DNA from: Thermoanaerobaculia bacterium
GTDB lineage: Bacteria; Acidobacteriota; Thermoanaerobaculia; Multivoradales; JAGPDF01
Direction: 5' to 3'
Assembly: GCA_031403995.1 (NCBI GenBank)
Contig: JANNGS010000057.1
Location: forward strand, 12,173-76,172
Length of the DNA: 64,000 nucleotides
The notes below the pieces were generated by a model that saw nothing but the letters and a program-made list of their open reading frames with translations, did not search any database and was not told the DNA's origin. Positions 25,761 through 34,900 of this stretch are shown here, in pieces; position 1 is the first letter of the stretch, and each line of letters opens with the position of its first letter. Made by a program: the position numbers and the translations under genes.

Positions 25761-26462
25761 GTGAGCGACTCCGCCGCACTCGTTCGCCTGTGCCGTGTCT
25801 CCTACCGCTTCGGCGCCGACGTCGTCCTCGACGAGATCGACCTCGAGGTCGTGGCAGGCGAGCGCCTCGCCCTTCTGGGGCCGAACGGCGGCGGCAAGAG
25901 CACGCTGGTGCGACTCCTCCTCGGCCTCCTGCGTCAGGCGACCGGAACGATCGACCGCCGCGCCGGCTTGCGCCTCGGATACGTTCCGCAGTTTCCCGCC
26001 TTCGACCGGCACTTCCCGGTGCGGGTGGAGGAGATGATTCTTCAGGGCCGCCTGCGCGATCGCAGCCGGCTCCGGCCGTTCGCCGCGACCGGTCCGCGCG
26101 ACCGCGGGCTGGTGGACGAGGTGATCGCGCGTCTCGACCTCGGAGCTCTGCGCCGCGCCTACCTGGACGAGCTGTCGGGCGGCGAGATGAAGCGGGCCCT
26201 GGTCGCGCGTGCTCTGGTAGCCGAGCCGGACCTGCTGATCCTCGACGAACCGACGGCGGCGCTCGACGAGCCTTCCCGCCGCGCCTTCTGGGCGCTGCTC
26301 GCCGGACTGCCGCAGAAGACCGCGATCGTTCTCGCCACCCACGACCTCGCGCCCGAGACCTTCGCGGCGAAGCGCGCCGCGCTCGTCGACCGCCGGCTCG
26401 AGCCGCTCGCGCTCAGCGGTCTGCACGTTCAGTCGCTGGTCTGCGGCCATGGACATGGCTGA
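25761..26462 (+). CDS. Metal (Zn/Mn-type) ABC transporter ATP-binding protein, ZnuC-like.
   Basis: It has Walker A GPNGGGKST, the signature LSGGEMKRALVARAL and Walker B LLILDEPTAALD. It is short (233 aa), as is typical of ZnuC/MntB. Confidence 0.8.
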   Translation: MSDSAALVRLCRVSYRFGADVVLDEIDLEVVAGERLALLGPNGGGKSTLVRLLLGLLRQATGTIDRRAGLRLGYVPQFPAFDRHFPVRVEEMILQGRLRDRSRLRPFAATGPRDRGLVDEVIARLDLGALRRAYLDELSGGEMKRALVARALVAEPDLLILDEPTAALDEPSRRAFWALLAGLPQKTAIVLATHDLAPETFAAKRAALVDRRLEPLALSGLHVQSLVCGHGHG

Positions 26463-27321
26463 GGCAGGGTCGCTCTTCGGCGCGGTGGCGGCGGCCTTCG
26501 GCGTGCCGCCGGCGGCGCTCGCGGCGGCGCTTCTCGCCAGCCTCCTCTGTGGCTTCGTGGGGACCGTCGTGGTGCTCCGGCGCCTGGTGGCGCTCGGTGG
26601 CGGAATCGCGCACGCCGCCTTTGGCGGGGTCGGTCTCGCTCTGCTGCTCGGTTTCGATCCGCGGATCGGCGCCGCGGGTGTCGCTGCCCTGGCCGCCGCC
26701 GCGCTCTCCCCCTTGCGGAGCGAGCGCCTGGCGCGTCTGGATGCGGCGATCGGCGTGCTCTGGGCGGTCGGCATGGCGACCGGGATGCTGCTGCTCTCCG
26801 GAGCTGCGCACAGCGACGTTGAGGTCGAATCGATCCTGTTCGGCGATCTCATGAAGGTGCGGCCGGCTGATCTCGCTCTGCTCGGCGGATTCGTCCTGGG
26901 GATGATCGCTCTGCTGCTTCTCTTCGGCCGCGAGCTCGTCGCGACTGCGTTCGACGACGAGCACGCCCGCTTGCAGGGCCTGCCGGTCGGCAGGCTTTCC
27001 TTCCTCCTGCTCCTCGTCGTGGCGCTCGCGGTGGTGGCGCTGCTCTCGCTGGTGGGCGTGGTGCTCGCGATCGCGCTGCTCGCCATCCCGCCGCTGGTCG
27101 CCCTGCGCCTTTTCCGCAGCCTGCCGGCGATCGTCGCCGGCGGCTGCGCGGTCGGCTCGGGAATCACCCTGGGTGGCCTGGCGCTCGCCGCGCGGATCGG
27201 CACACCGGCCGGCCCGACCATCATCCTGCTCGGAGGCGTTGCGCTGGGCCTGGTGCAACTCGTGCCTCACCGGGCCTTGCGCTCTTCGCGTCCCGCGCTA
27301 CCGGCGCGACCTTCGACCTGA
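26449..27321 (+). CDS. Metal ABC transporter permease, ZnuB-like (ABC-3 family).
   Basis: It has eight hydrophobic helices, and the ABC-3 permease motif ESILFGDL...D is present. It overlaps the ATPase gene. No substrate-binding-protein gene is adjacent. Confidence 0.8.
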   Translation: MDMAEAGSLFGAVAAAFGVPPAALAAALLASLLCGFVGTVVVLRRLVALGGGIAHAAFGGVGLALLLGFDPRIGAAGVAALAAAALSPLRSERLARLDAAIGVLWAVGMATGMLLLSGAAHSDVEVESILFGDLMKVRPADLALLGGFVLGMIALLLLFGRELVATAFDDEHARLQGLPVGRLSFLLLLVVALAVVALLSLVGVVLAIALLAIPPLVALRLFRSLPAIVAGGCAVGSGITLGGLALAARIGTPAGPTIILLGGVALGLVQLVPHRALRSSRPALPARPST

Positions 27322-27328
27322 CCCCCGC

Positions 27329-28063
27329 TCAGGGCAGCAGTCGGGCAAGCGCGCGTTCGACGCGCTGGTGGAGGTCGGGCGGGGCGCCGTAGAAAACTTC
27401 GCGGGTGTGGCCCGCAGTGTCGAACAGGAAGAGCGTCGGGACGGCGGAGAGATCGCCGAACTGGCGGGCGAGGTCCGGCGAGCCCATCGCCCAATGGAGC
27501 GGCAGGCCGAGGCCGGCGACGACTTTCTGCACGTCGGCCCGGTCGGACTCGATAGCCAGGGCGACCACCTCGAGCCGGTTGCCGTAGCGCTTCTCGAGCT
27601 CCCCGAGCCAGACCAGCGTCCCGCGGCACGGCGGGCACCAGGTGGCCCAGAACTCGACCAGCACGGGCCTCCCGGAGAGCTTGGCACTCGCCAGCAGGCT
27701 GCCGTCGAGCGCCGGAATCGAGAACTCGGGCAGCGTCACGAGAGCGAGCGCCCGGGACTCGGCTGCGGCGATGGACCCAGCATGGTCTGAGCGCAGCACG
27801 TCGCGCTTGCCGTCCAACACTTCCTGCAGCATCCGGGCGAGATCGTTGCGGAACCGCTCGTGGCTGCGGGCGTCGCGCCAGGGGGCGTAGCGTCCGGCGT
27901 TCTCGCCCTCGCCCTTGCCGTAGAAGCCGAAGTCCTTCGGCGTCGCGACCAGGATGTCGTCGACGAAGATCGCCGGATAGCGGGTCACGCCGAACCGCGT
28001 GGCGAGCTCCGAGTCGCCGTAGTTCTCGACCACGAAGCGCACTCGCCCCTCGAACCCCCTCAC
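27329..28063 (-). CDS. TlpA/ResA-like thiol:disulfide oxidoreductase (thioredoxin fold, WCPPC).
   Basis: The motif VEFWATWCPPCRG was seen in the C-terminal half, and the N-terminal half is also thioredoxin-like. Confidence 0.75.
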   Translation of the reverse strand: MRGFEGRVRFVVENYGDSELATRFGVTRYPAIFVDDILVATPKDFGFYGKGEGENAGRYAPWRDARSHERFRNDLARMLQEVLDGKRDVLRSDHAGSIAAAESRALALVTLPEFSIPALDGSLLASAKLSGRPVLVEFWATWCPPCRGTLVWLGELEKRYGNRLEVVALAIESDRADVQKVVAGLGLPLHWAMGSPDLARQFGDLSAVPTLFLFDTAGHTREVFYGAPPDLHQRVERALARLLP

Positions 28064-28102
28064 GACGCTTTGTGCCAGCAGACCTGCTGGATCAGAGATG
28101 TT

Positions 28103-29239
28103 TCAGGTGTAGGGCCACCGGACGAGTGTCACGGTGGCCTCGGCGCGGCGGTCTGGCGAGCGGGGAGGAGCCGGACCGAGCACGACCGGGAAGTACGGCA
28201 GCACGTCGTCGAGGATCGCCGCAGCGATCTCGCCGCCGCGCGCCGCCGGGTCGGGATCGGCCGCCGAGAACAGGGCGGTGTCGAGAAACAGGCGCTGCAG
28301 GCTGGCGTCGCGAGGGCTTTCGTCGAGCCGGGCAGCGATCACGCTGCTGCGCCTGGCGGCCTCCTCCGCGGAGAGCGTGCGGCCAGGATGGGTGAGCCGG
28401 GAGAGCCGCGCCTTGGCGTCGAGGAGGCGCAGAAGCGCGCCGTAGCGCGCGCCTGCGTTGGCGAGCTCATCGGCCTCCTTGAGCAACGCACTGATACGAA
28501 TGAAGACGGCATGGCTGTCGATCGAGCGCGGCGGCGTGTAGGCCGTCAGGAGCTCGTCGCGCAGCGCTGAGATCGCGCCGCTGACGTCCCCGGGGGCGAG
28601 CGCCGGGAGGTCCACCGGCCGGCGGGGCAGACCGACGGCGAGGGCGATGAAGTCGCGCTGCGCCCGCGCGGCTCCGAGATAGAACAGGCCGTACTCGGGG
28701 GCGGTATTCCTGCCGTAGTCGAGGCTGGCGTCGTAGTAGGTCGGCATCTGGGCCAACGCCGCCTCGGCGAGCGCGCGCGCCGCCGCCGGCAGGAATTCGA
28801 AGGCGGGCCTCGGCCCCGGCGCCCGGTTGTTCCCCAGCTCGGGTCCCAGGCGCAGCCACTCACGTTCGAGCTCGGACATCTGGACGCGCAGGTCGCCGGC
28901 GATGCCACTGCGATACTCGGCGGCCTCGAGGTCGGTCCAGACCCTCTCGAGCCGCGCCAACGCCAGCCATCGCTGGCCCTGCGCGAGCGCCTGTTCGGCT
29001 TGGGCGAGCAACGGTGCGGAAGCAGCGCGAATGGCCTTCGCCTCGTCGTCGACCTCGTCTCCGACGGACGGGGTCGAGCGGACCCGCTCCTGCCAGCGCG
29101 CAATCGCATCGGCGAGCGGATCCTGGGCAGCCTGCGCTCGCAAGGGAGCTCCTGCGCAGAGCGTCAGCAGGCAGAGTACGGCGACCGGCGGAACCCGGGA
29201 GCCCGCGAGGTTCGCAGGGAAGGGTCGACGGCGACTCAT
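28103..29239 (-). CDS. Secreted hypothetical protein (Ala/Leu-rich, helical), co-oriented with the tlpA-like gene.
   Basis: The ATG at 29239 gives MSRRRPFPANLAGSRVPPVAVLCLLTLCAGAPLRAQAA, a signal peptide. The track ORF starts 15 nt upstream at TTG. Confidence 0.55.
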   Translation of the reverse strand: MSRRRPFPANLAGSRVPPVAVLCLLTLCAGAPLRAQAAQDPLADAIARWQERVRSTPSVGDEVDDEAKAIRAASAPLLAQAEQALAQGQRWLALARLERVWTDLEAAEYRSGIAGDLRVQMSELEREWLRLGPELGNNRAPGPRPAFEFLPAAARALAEAALAQMPTYYDASLDYGRNTAPEYGLFYLGAARAQRDFIALAVGLPRRPVDLPALAPGDVSGAISALRDELLTAYTPPRSIDSHAVFIRISALLKEADELANAGARYGALLRLLDAKARLSRLTHPGRTLSAEEAARRSSVIAARLDESPRDASLQRLFLDTALFSAADPDPAARGGEIAAAILDDVLPYFPVVLGPAPPRSPDRRAEATVTLVRWPYT

Positions 29240-29296
29240 AAAAGAACTACGCAAATCGGAGGGAAGAGTTTTTCCGCGGTGCGGGCAGTCTGACTG

Positions 29297-31480
29297 CTAG
29301 TGAATGTAGCCGAGCGCGCGGAGCTTCTGGCGCTCTTCGTCCTCTTCGAGCTGGCTGCGTGCGGCGCGCATGGCGTGGTTGCGCCAGACGAAGAGAGAGG
29401 CGCAGTTCGGATCGAGCGCGAAGCGCGGCACGCCTTCCACAATCCGTTCGATGTCGCGGCTCTCACCGGAAGGGATCGGTGCTCCGTTCCACCGTGCACA
29501 GCCGCCGGTCACGGTGATCCGCGCGCGGGCCGCCTTCGACTCCGGGAAGAAGACGCCGTCGACGTCGCCGGGCGGCAGTTCGAGGTCGAGCTCGACGGCG
29601 CCCGCCTCTCCCCGCAGCATGTCCTCGGGCTCGAGGGCGAACCGTTCGGCCCGGGGCTCGCCGGCCGCGAACGTGAGCCGCAATCGCCCTGCCGTGGCGC
29701 CGCCGAGAACCCGCACTTCGAGACCGCGGCGAGTGTGCGCCAGCGACGTCTCGATGGCGCGCCAATCGGCGCCCATGTCGTGCGCCGGCGCTGCGAGCAA
29801 CGCGCGCTCGAGCGGATCGGTAGCGAGGTCGAACCAGCCGAGCGCCGGCAGGAAGGACCGCAGGTGCAGCGCGACGCGGTTTCCCTTCGGGTCCGCCTGC
29901 GGGTCGGGGAGGCCGCGCGTGCCGAAGCGGTCGAAGAAGTGGAGCTTGGTGCTCTTGCGGACGACGACCGCGCGGGCGCTCCCTCCGGTCAGCATGTGAA
30001 TCGGCGGCAAGACCTCTCTCGTCCAGTTCTTCGGCTCGAGGAGATCGACCCCGTCGACCTTGCGACGCCGCGGTATCTCGAGCTGGTGCTCGATCGTCGG
30101 CAGGAAGTCGGCGAGGGAGAGGAGCGTGTCGGGCGGCACCGGAGGAAAGCGTCGCGCGTTGCCGGGACGGAGGAGGAAAGGCACCCGCAAGACCTCGTCA
30201 TAGAGCGACGGGCCGTGTTTCCAACCCCCATGCTCGAGGAACTCCTCGCCGTGGTCGGACAGGAAGACGAGGGTGGCGCGGTCGCGCAGCGCGGCGTCGA
30301 GGCCGTCCCAGAACTGCCCGATGAGGAGGTCGCCGTAGCGGACGTCGTCGTCGTACAGCGCGCGGAGGTGCTCGACATCGCGGGGCTGGAGCGTCGCGTC
30401 GAAGCTGAGGTCGAAGTGACTCTCGTCGCCGCGATAGCTGCCGGTGTATTCCGGGTCGAACGGAGTCACCCCCTTCGGCTGGTCCGGTCTCCCGTAGGGC
30501 TCGTGCGGCTCGATGAGCTGGAGGTAGAGCAGGAAGCGCTCCCCTTCATGGGCGCGGATCCACCCGGGAAGGCGCGCCAGCATGTCGCTCCCCGGCAGCG
30601 CCATCGAGGCCATCTCGTAGGGAGGCGTATAGAAAGTCGTGAATCCGCGGTGAAAACCGTTGTCGACGTTGAGCGCCGGGTTGGCGTTGAAATGGGCGGT
30701 CGACCAGCCGGCGAAGGCGAAGTCGTGCCCCAGCGTCGGAACGCCGGGGGCGACACCGACCGACGCTCCGGAATCGTCTTCCTGCCCCGCTGGCAGCATC
30801 CCGGTCAGCAGGGCGGCGACGGATGGGGTGGTCCAGGAGGCGAGCGCCCAGGCGCGCTCGGCCTTCCACGCGCCGGCAAAGATGCGATCGAGATGGGGAG
30901 TCGTCGGCCGCCGGCTGCCGTAGAGCCCGACCGCGTCGCGGCGCGTGGTGTCGAGGAGGAGGATGATCAGGGCGTCGTTTCGCGGGCTGGGCTGGACGAT
31001 CCGCAGATCCGAGATCACGATGCCGGCGGGGGAGTCGGAGCGGAAGCTCAGGACGGAGGGCGCGTCGGTGTCGATCTCCAGGTCCTCGTAGAAGAGCCCG
31101 GCTGCGGCGTCGAACGTCCGCTGCAGGGGGGGAAAGAGCGGCCGGCCGGGAGTTGGCGCCGGTGCCGCCGTCGCCACTGTCAGGGTGGCTGTCCCGGGCA
31201 CTTGCGCGGCCCACGCGAAACGCAAACGTCCTGTGGCCGCCCGCCCGAGCGGCCAGGTGAGCGACTCTCCGGCCGGAATCAGGACCCCTTCGTGGCGCAC
31301 CCGCGACGGCTCGATGACGGTGGCGGAGGCGGCGGTCGAGAGGTCGGGACGGAGCGCCGCCGCCTGTCGGCGTTCGCCGCAGGCGGTCAGGGCGAGCGAC
31401 GCCACAAGGCCGACGACCGCCCAGGCCGCGCGCGGCGGCAGGCGAACCGGCAGGCGGCGACCGGGCTCAGCCGCGGACAC
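29297..31480 (-). CDS. Sulfatase-fold (alkaline-phosphatase superfamily) lipoprotein with a long C-terminal extension. The formylglycine Cys is replaced by Thr, and the conserved Arg of the C-x-P-x-R motif by Val.
   Basis: The GTG start at 31480 gives the lipoprotein signal ...AAWAVVGLVASLALTAC. The metal-binding LLDTTRRD motif is followed by SWTTPSVAALLTGMLP in place of CTPSRAALLTG. The upstream 260 aa of track ORF 29297..32155 overlap fur and are low-complexity. Confidence 0.75.
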   Translation of the reverse strand: MSAAEPGRRLPVRLPPRAAWAVVGLVASLALTACGERRQAAALRPDLSTAASATVIEPSRVRHEGVLIPAGESLTWPLGRAATGRLRFAWAAQVPGTATLTVATAAPAPTPGRPLFPPLQRTFDAAAGLFYEDLEIDTDAPSVLSFRSDSPAGIVISDLRIVQPSPRNDALIILLLDTTRRDAVGLYGSRRPTTPHLDRIFAGAWKAERAWALASWTTPSVAALLTGMLPAGQEDDSGASVGVAPGVPTLGHDFAFAGWSTAHFNANPALNVDNGFHRGFTTFYTPPYEMASMALPGSDMLARLPGWIRAHEGERFLLYLQLIEPHEPYGRPDQPKGVTPFDPEYTGSYRGDESHFDLSFDATLQPRDVEHLRALYDDDVRYGDLLIGQFWDGLDAALRDRATLVFLSDHGEEFLEHGGWKHGPSLYDEVLRVPFLLRPGNARRFPPVPPDTLLSLADFLPTIEHQLEIPRRRKVDGVDLLEPKNWTREVLPPIHMLTGGSARAVVVRKSTKLHFFDRFGTRGLPDPQADPKGNRVALHLRSFLPALGWFDLATDPLERALLAAPAHDMGADWRAIETSLAHTRRGLEVRVLGGATAGRLRLTFAAGEPRAERFALEPEDMLRGEAGAVELDLELPPGDVDGVFFPESKAARARITVTGGCARWNGAPIPSGESRDIERIVEGVPRFALDPNCASLFVWRNHAMRAARSQLEEDEERQKLRALGYIH

Positions 31481-31841
31481 AGGTCGCGCAGCGTCCGAAG
31501 AGAGTGATGTCGTGGCTCTCGAGCTTGAATCCGCGGGGGGTGAGCGCGCGCAGGTCGGGAGGACAGGCGTCGACGTCGAAGACCCGGTCGCAGACGCGGC
31601 AGCGGAAGTGATGATGATGGTGCTTCCCGGCCACTTCGTAGCGGCTCGGGGCTCCGGGCAACTGCACCTCGGAGAGCCAGTGCTCTTCGACCAGAGCCTT
31701 GACGTTGCGGTAGATCGTCGCGATTCCCAGGCCCGGGACGTTCTCCTGCGCGACCTCCAGAGCCTCGGCCGGCGACAGTGGGCGATCGGCGCGCTCGAAG
31801 GCTTCGCGGATCGCCGCCCGTTGCTGGGTGTTCCTCTGCAC
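31467..31841 (-). CDS. fur: Fur-family metal-responsive transcriptional regulator with an HHHHH run and CxxC pairs; possibly Zur-like.
   Basis: The winged-helix region reads LSPAEALEVAQENVPGLGIATIYRNVKALVE, followed by GKHHHHHFRCRVCD and a C-terminal CATC. Its 3' end overlaps the sulfatase-fold gene start by 14 nt. Confidence 0.85.
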   Translation of the reverse strand: MQRNTQQRAAIREAFERADRPLSPAEALEVAQENVPGLGIATIYRNVKALVEEHWLSEVQLPGAPSRYEVAGKHHHHHFRCRVCDRVFDVDACPPDLRALTPRGFKLESHDITLFGRCATCVRG

Positions 31842-31869
31842 AAGCTGATTCTAGCCGCGCGGCGGCGCG

Positions 31870-31895
31870 CCAGGGGGCGCGCTTTTTCGTAGGAT
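31870..31895 (+). terminator. GC-rich hairpin plus T5 (GGCGCGCC-AGG-GGCGCGC-TTTTT) in the divergent fur / BNR-protein intergenic region. It is terminator-like, but no upstream plus-strand gene precedes it, so it may be an attenuator or leader structure.
   Basis: A perfect 7-8 bp inverted repeat followed by a T-run was seen in the sequence. It lies about 20 nt upstream of the GGGAGAG RBS of gene 31917. Confidence 0.3.
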
Positions 31896-31916
31896 GCCTC
31901 AAACGGGAGAGAGAAC

Positions 31917-34900
31917 ATGCGCACGCATTCGATGTTGAATCTGTCCGGACGGCTCCTGCTGGCCGCAGCGATCGTGGGGATCGTGGCGATCTCGACCGCG
32001 CCCGCAGCGCTCGGGGCCGCGGTCTCGACTCCTGTGGCCTCGGCGGGCGGCTTCGATGCCGACCTGCTCGCGGGGCTCGTACCGCGGTCGATCGGCCCGG
32101 CCGGGATGAGCGGCCGGGTCGCGGCGATCGCCGCGGTCGAGTCGAATCCCGACATCGTCTACGCCGGGGCCGCGACCGGCGGCGTCTGGAAATCGCTCGA
32201 CGGCGGCATCACCTGGAAGCCGATCTTCGACGACCAGCCGGTCGCCGCGATCGGCGCGCTCGCCATCGACCGCCGCAATCCATCGATCGTCTGGGTCGGG
32301 ACCGGCGAGGGCAACGTGCGCAACAGCGCCTCGGTGGGCAACGGCATCTACCGCTCGGCGGATGGCGGCGAGAGCTGGACCCATCTCGGGCTCGAAGGCA
32401 CCGAGCGCATCCATCGCATCGTGCTGCATCCCGACAACTCCGACGTCGCCTGGGTGGCGGCGCTCGGACGCGAGTGGGGAGAGAACCCCGAGCGTGGCAT
32501 CTTCAAGACGACCGATGGCGGCAAGAGCTGGAAGAAAGTGCTCTACGTCGACGAGAAGACGGGTGGTGCGGACGTCGCGATGGTGGAGGGCAGCCCCAAT
32601 CGCCTGTTCGCCTCGATGTGGCAGTTCCGCCGCTGGCCCTACTACTTCAAGTCGGGCGGTCCGGGCTCGGGGCTCTACAGTTCCCTCGATGGCGGCGAAA
32701 GCTGGAAGCGCCTCGAATCGGAGGACGGGCTCCCCTCAGGCGAGCTCGGCCGCATCGGGCTCGGTCTTTCGCGGTCGCACCCGGAGATCGTCTACGCGAT
32801 GGTCGAGGCAAAGAAAAGCGCGCTGCTGCGCTCGGACGACGGCGGACGGAGCTTCAAGGCGGTGAACTCGGAGCCCAACGTGAATCCGCGGCCGTTCTAC
32901 TTCGGCGAGCTGCGGGTCGATCCGCTGGACCCGAACCGGATTTTCAGCGTCGACTACACGGTGCGCCTGTCGAGCGATGGCGGCAAGAGCTTCGCCACGC
33001 TCGTACGCTGGGACGAGATCCACGGCGATCACCACGCGCTGTGGATCGATCCTGCAAACCCGCGCCATCTGATCACCGGCAACGACGGCGGCATCTCGGT
33101 GAGTCACGACGGTGGCAAGAGCAACCGCTTCGTCTCGAACCTGCCGCTGGCGCAGTTCTACCACGTGGCCTACGACATGGATTCGCCGTACAACCTGTAC
33201 GGCGGCCTGCAGGATAACGGCTCCTGGCGCGGCCCCTCCTCGGTGCGCCAGAACGGTGGCATCCGCAACCACTTCTGGAAGGCTCTCGCCGGTGGAGACG
33301 GCTTCGAGACCCTCCCCGATCCGACCGACTCGCTGCAGGGCTACGCCCTCTGGCAGGGCGGCAACCTGATGCGCTGGAACTGGCGCACCGGCGAGACCAA
33401 GGACATCAAGCCGGCGCCCTCCGCGGGCGTCCGCCTGCGTTTCAACTGGAACGCCGGGCTGGCTGTCGATCCCTTCGAGCCCGGGACCGTCTATCTCGGC
33501 AGCCAATTCCTGCACCGGTCGGCCGACCGGGGCGAGAGCTGGACGACCGTCTCGCCCGATCTGACCTCGAACAACTCCGAGTGGCAGAAGGCCGACGAGA
33601 GCGGCGGTCTGACGCCAGACGTCACCAACGCCGAGACCTACACCACGATCGTCACCATCGAGCCGTCGAAGAAGGAGCGCGGACTGATCTGGGTTGGCAC
33701 CGACGACGGCCGGCTGCATCTGACGCGCGACGGCGGCGCCAGCTGGACGAGCGTCGAGGGCAACGTCCCTGGCGTCCCCGCGAACACCTGGATTCCGGCG
33801 GTGCAGGCTTCGACGCATGCGCCGGGAACGGCGTTCGTCGTCTTCGACAACCATCGGCGTTCGGACTGGACGCCCTACGTCTACCGCACCGACGATTTCG
33901 GCAAGCGCTGGCAGAGCCTCGCAACGCCGGCGCTGCGTGGCTATGCGCTCGCCATCGTTCAAGATCCGGTCGATCCGGATCTCCTCTTCCTCGGCACCGA
34001 GTTCGGCCTCTGGCTGTCGCTCGACGGCGGAGCGCAGTGGACGCGCTGGTCGAACGGTTTCCCGACCGTCTCGGTCATGGATCTCGCGATCCACCCGCGC
34101 GAATTCGACCTCATCATCGCGACGCATGGGCGGGCGCTCTGGGTCGTCGACGACATCTCTCCCCTGCGCGGTCTGGGGGCGAAGGCGCTGGAGGAGAAGC
34201 TGCGCCTCTTCCCGGTGGCGGATCGCGCGCAGCACTGGCTGCTCGCGGAGGATGGCGGTTTCGGTTTCGGCGCGACCGAGTTTCGCGGCGCCAACCGGCC
34301 CTACGGCGCCGCGATCACCTTCGTGGCCAACGGCGACGAGGTGCCGCTCGCCGACAAGGATCGCGATCGCGACCGGCGCATCGCCGAGCGCAAACGGGAG
34401 ACGGCGGCGGAGAGCGCGGCCGCGAAGGCCGAGTCCGCGGCCGAAGCCGACAGCGAGAAGTCTGAGAAAGAAGAGTCCGACAAGAAGGAGGCTGCCAAGG
34501 CGACGCTGGAGATCCGCGACGCGTCGGGTCAGCGTGTTCGCCGGCTGAAAGTCGAGACGAAGCGCGGACTCAATCGGGTGTACTGGGATCTCTCTCGCGA
34601 CGGCTTCAAGCGCCCGCCTGCCGGGACACCCGAGGAGCCCGGTTTCAACCCGAGCGGCCCGCAGGTCCCGCCCGGGCGCTACGAGGCCGTGCTCACTCTG
34701 GGGGGCGAAGAGCGCCGGACGTTCGTCCACGTGCTCGCCGACCCGACCTCCGGCAACAGCGCGGCGGACTGGCAGGCGCGCTGGGCGGCGATCCTCGACG
34801 CCGGCGCCTTGAACGACTCGGCGGTCGCGGCGATCGAGCGCATCGGCGCGACGCGCCGCGATCTCGATGCCGTAGCGGAGCGCATCCGGCTCGCCAACGC

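Noticed and set aside
25674-27270. Minus-strand ORFs of 516 and 285 aa across the znuCB-like genes, and the 25790..26854 plus-strand alternative frame.
   Set aside because: No motifs are present and the composition is extremely Arg/Ala/Ser-rich. The ABC Walker motifs lie in the chosen frame.
29300-32155. Plus-strand 735-aa ORF antisense to the sulfatase-fold gene, and the 5' 675 nt (31481..32155) of the 952-aa track ORF.
   Set aside because: The antisense ORF is low-complexity. The 5' extension overlaps the well-formed fur gene and reads as Ser/Arg/Ala-rich filler. A GTG at 31480 gives a perfect lipoprotein signal.
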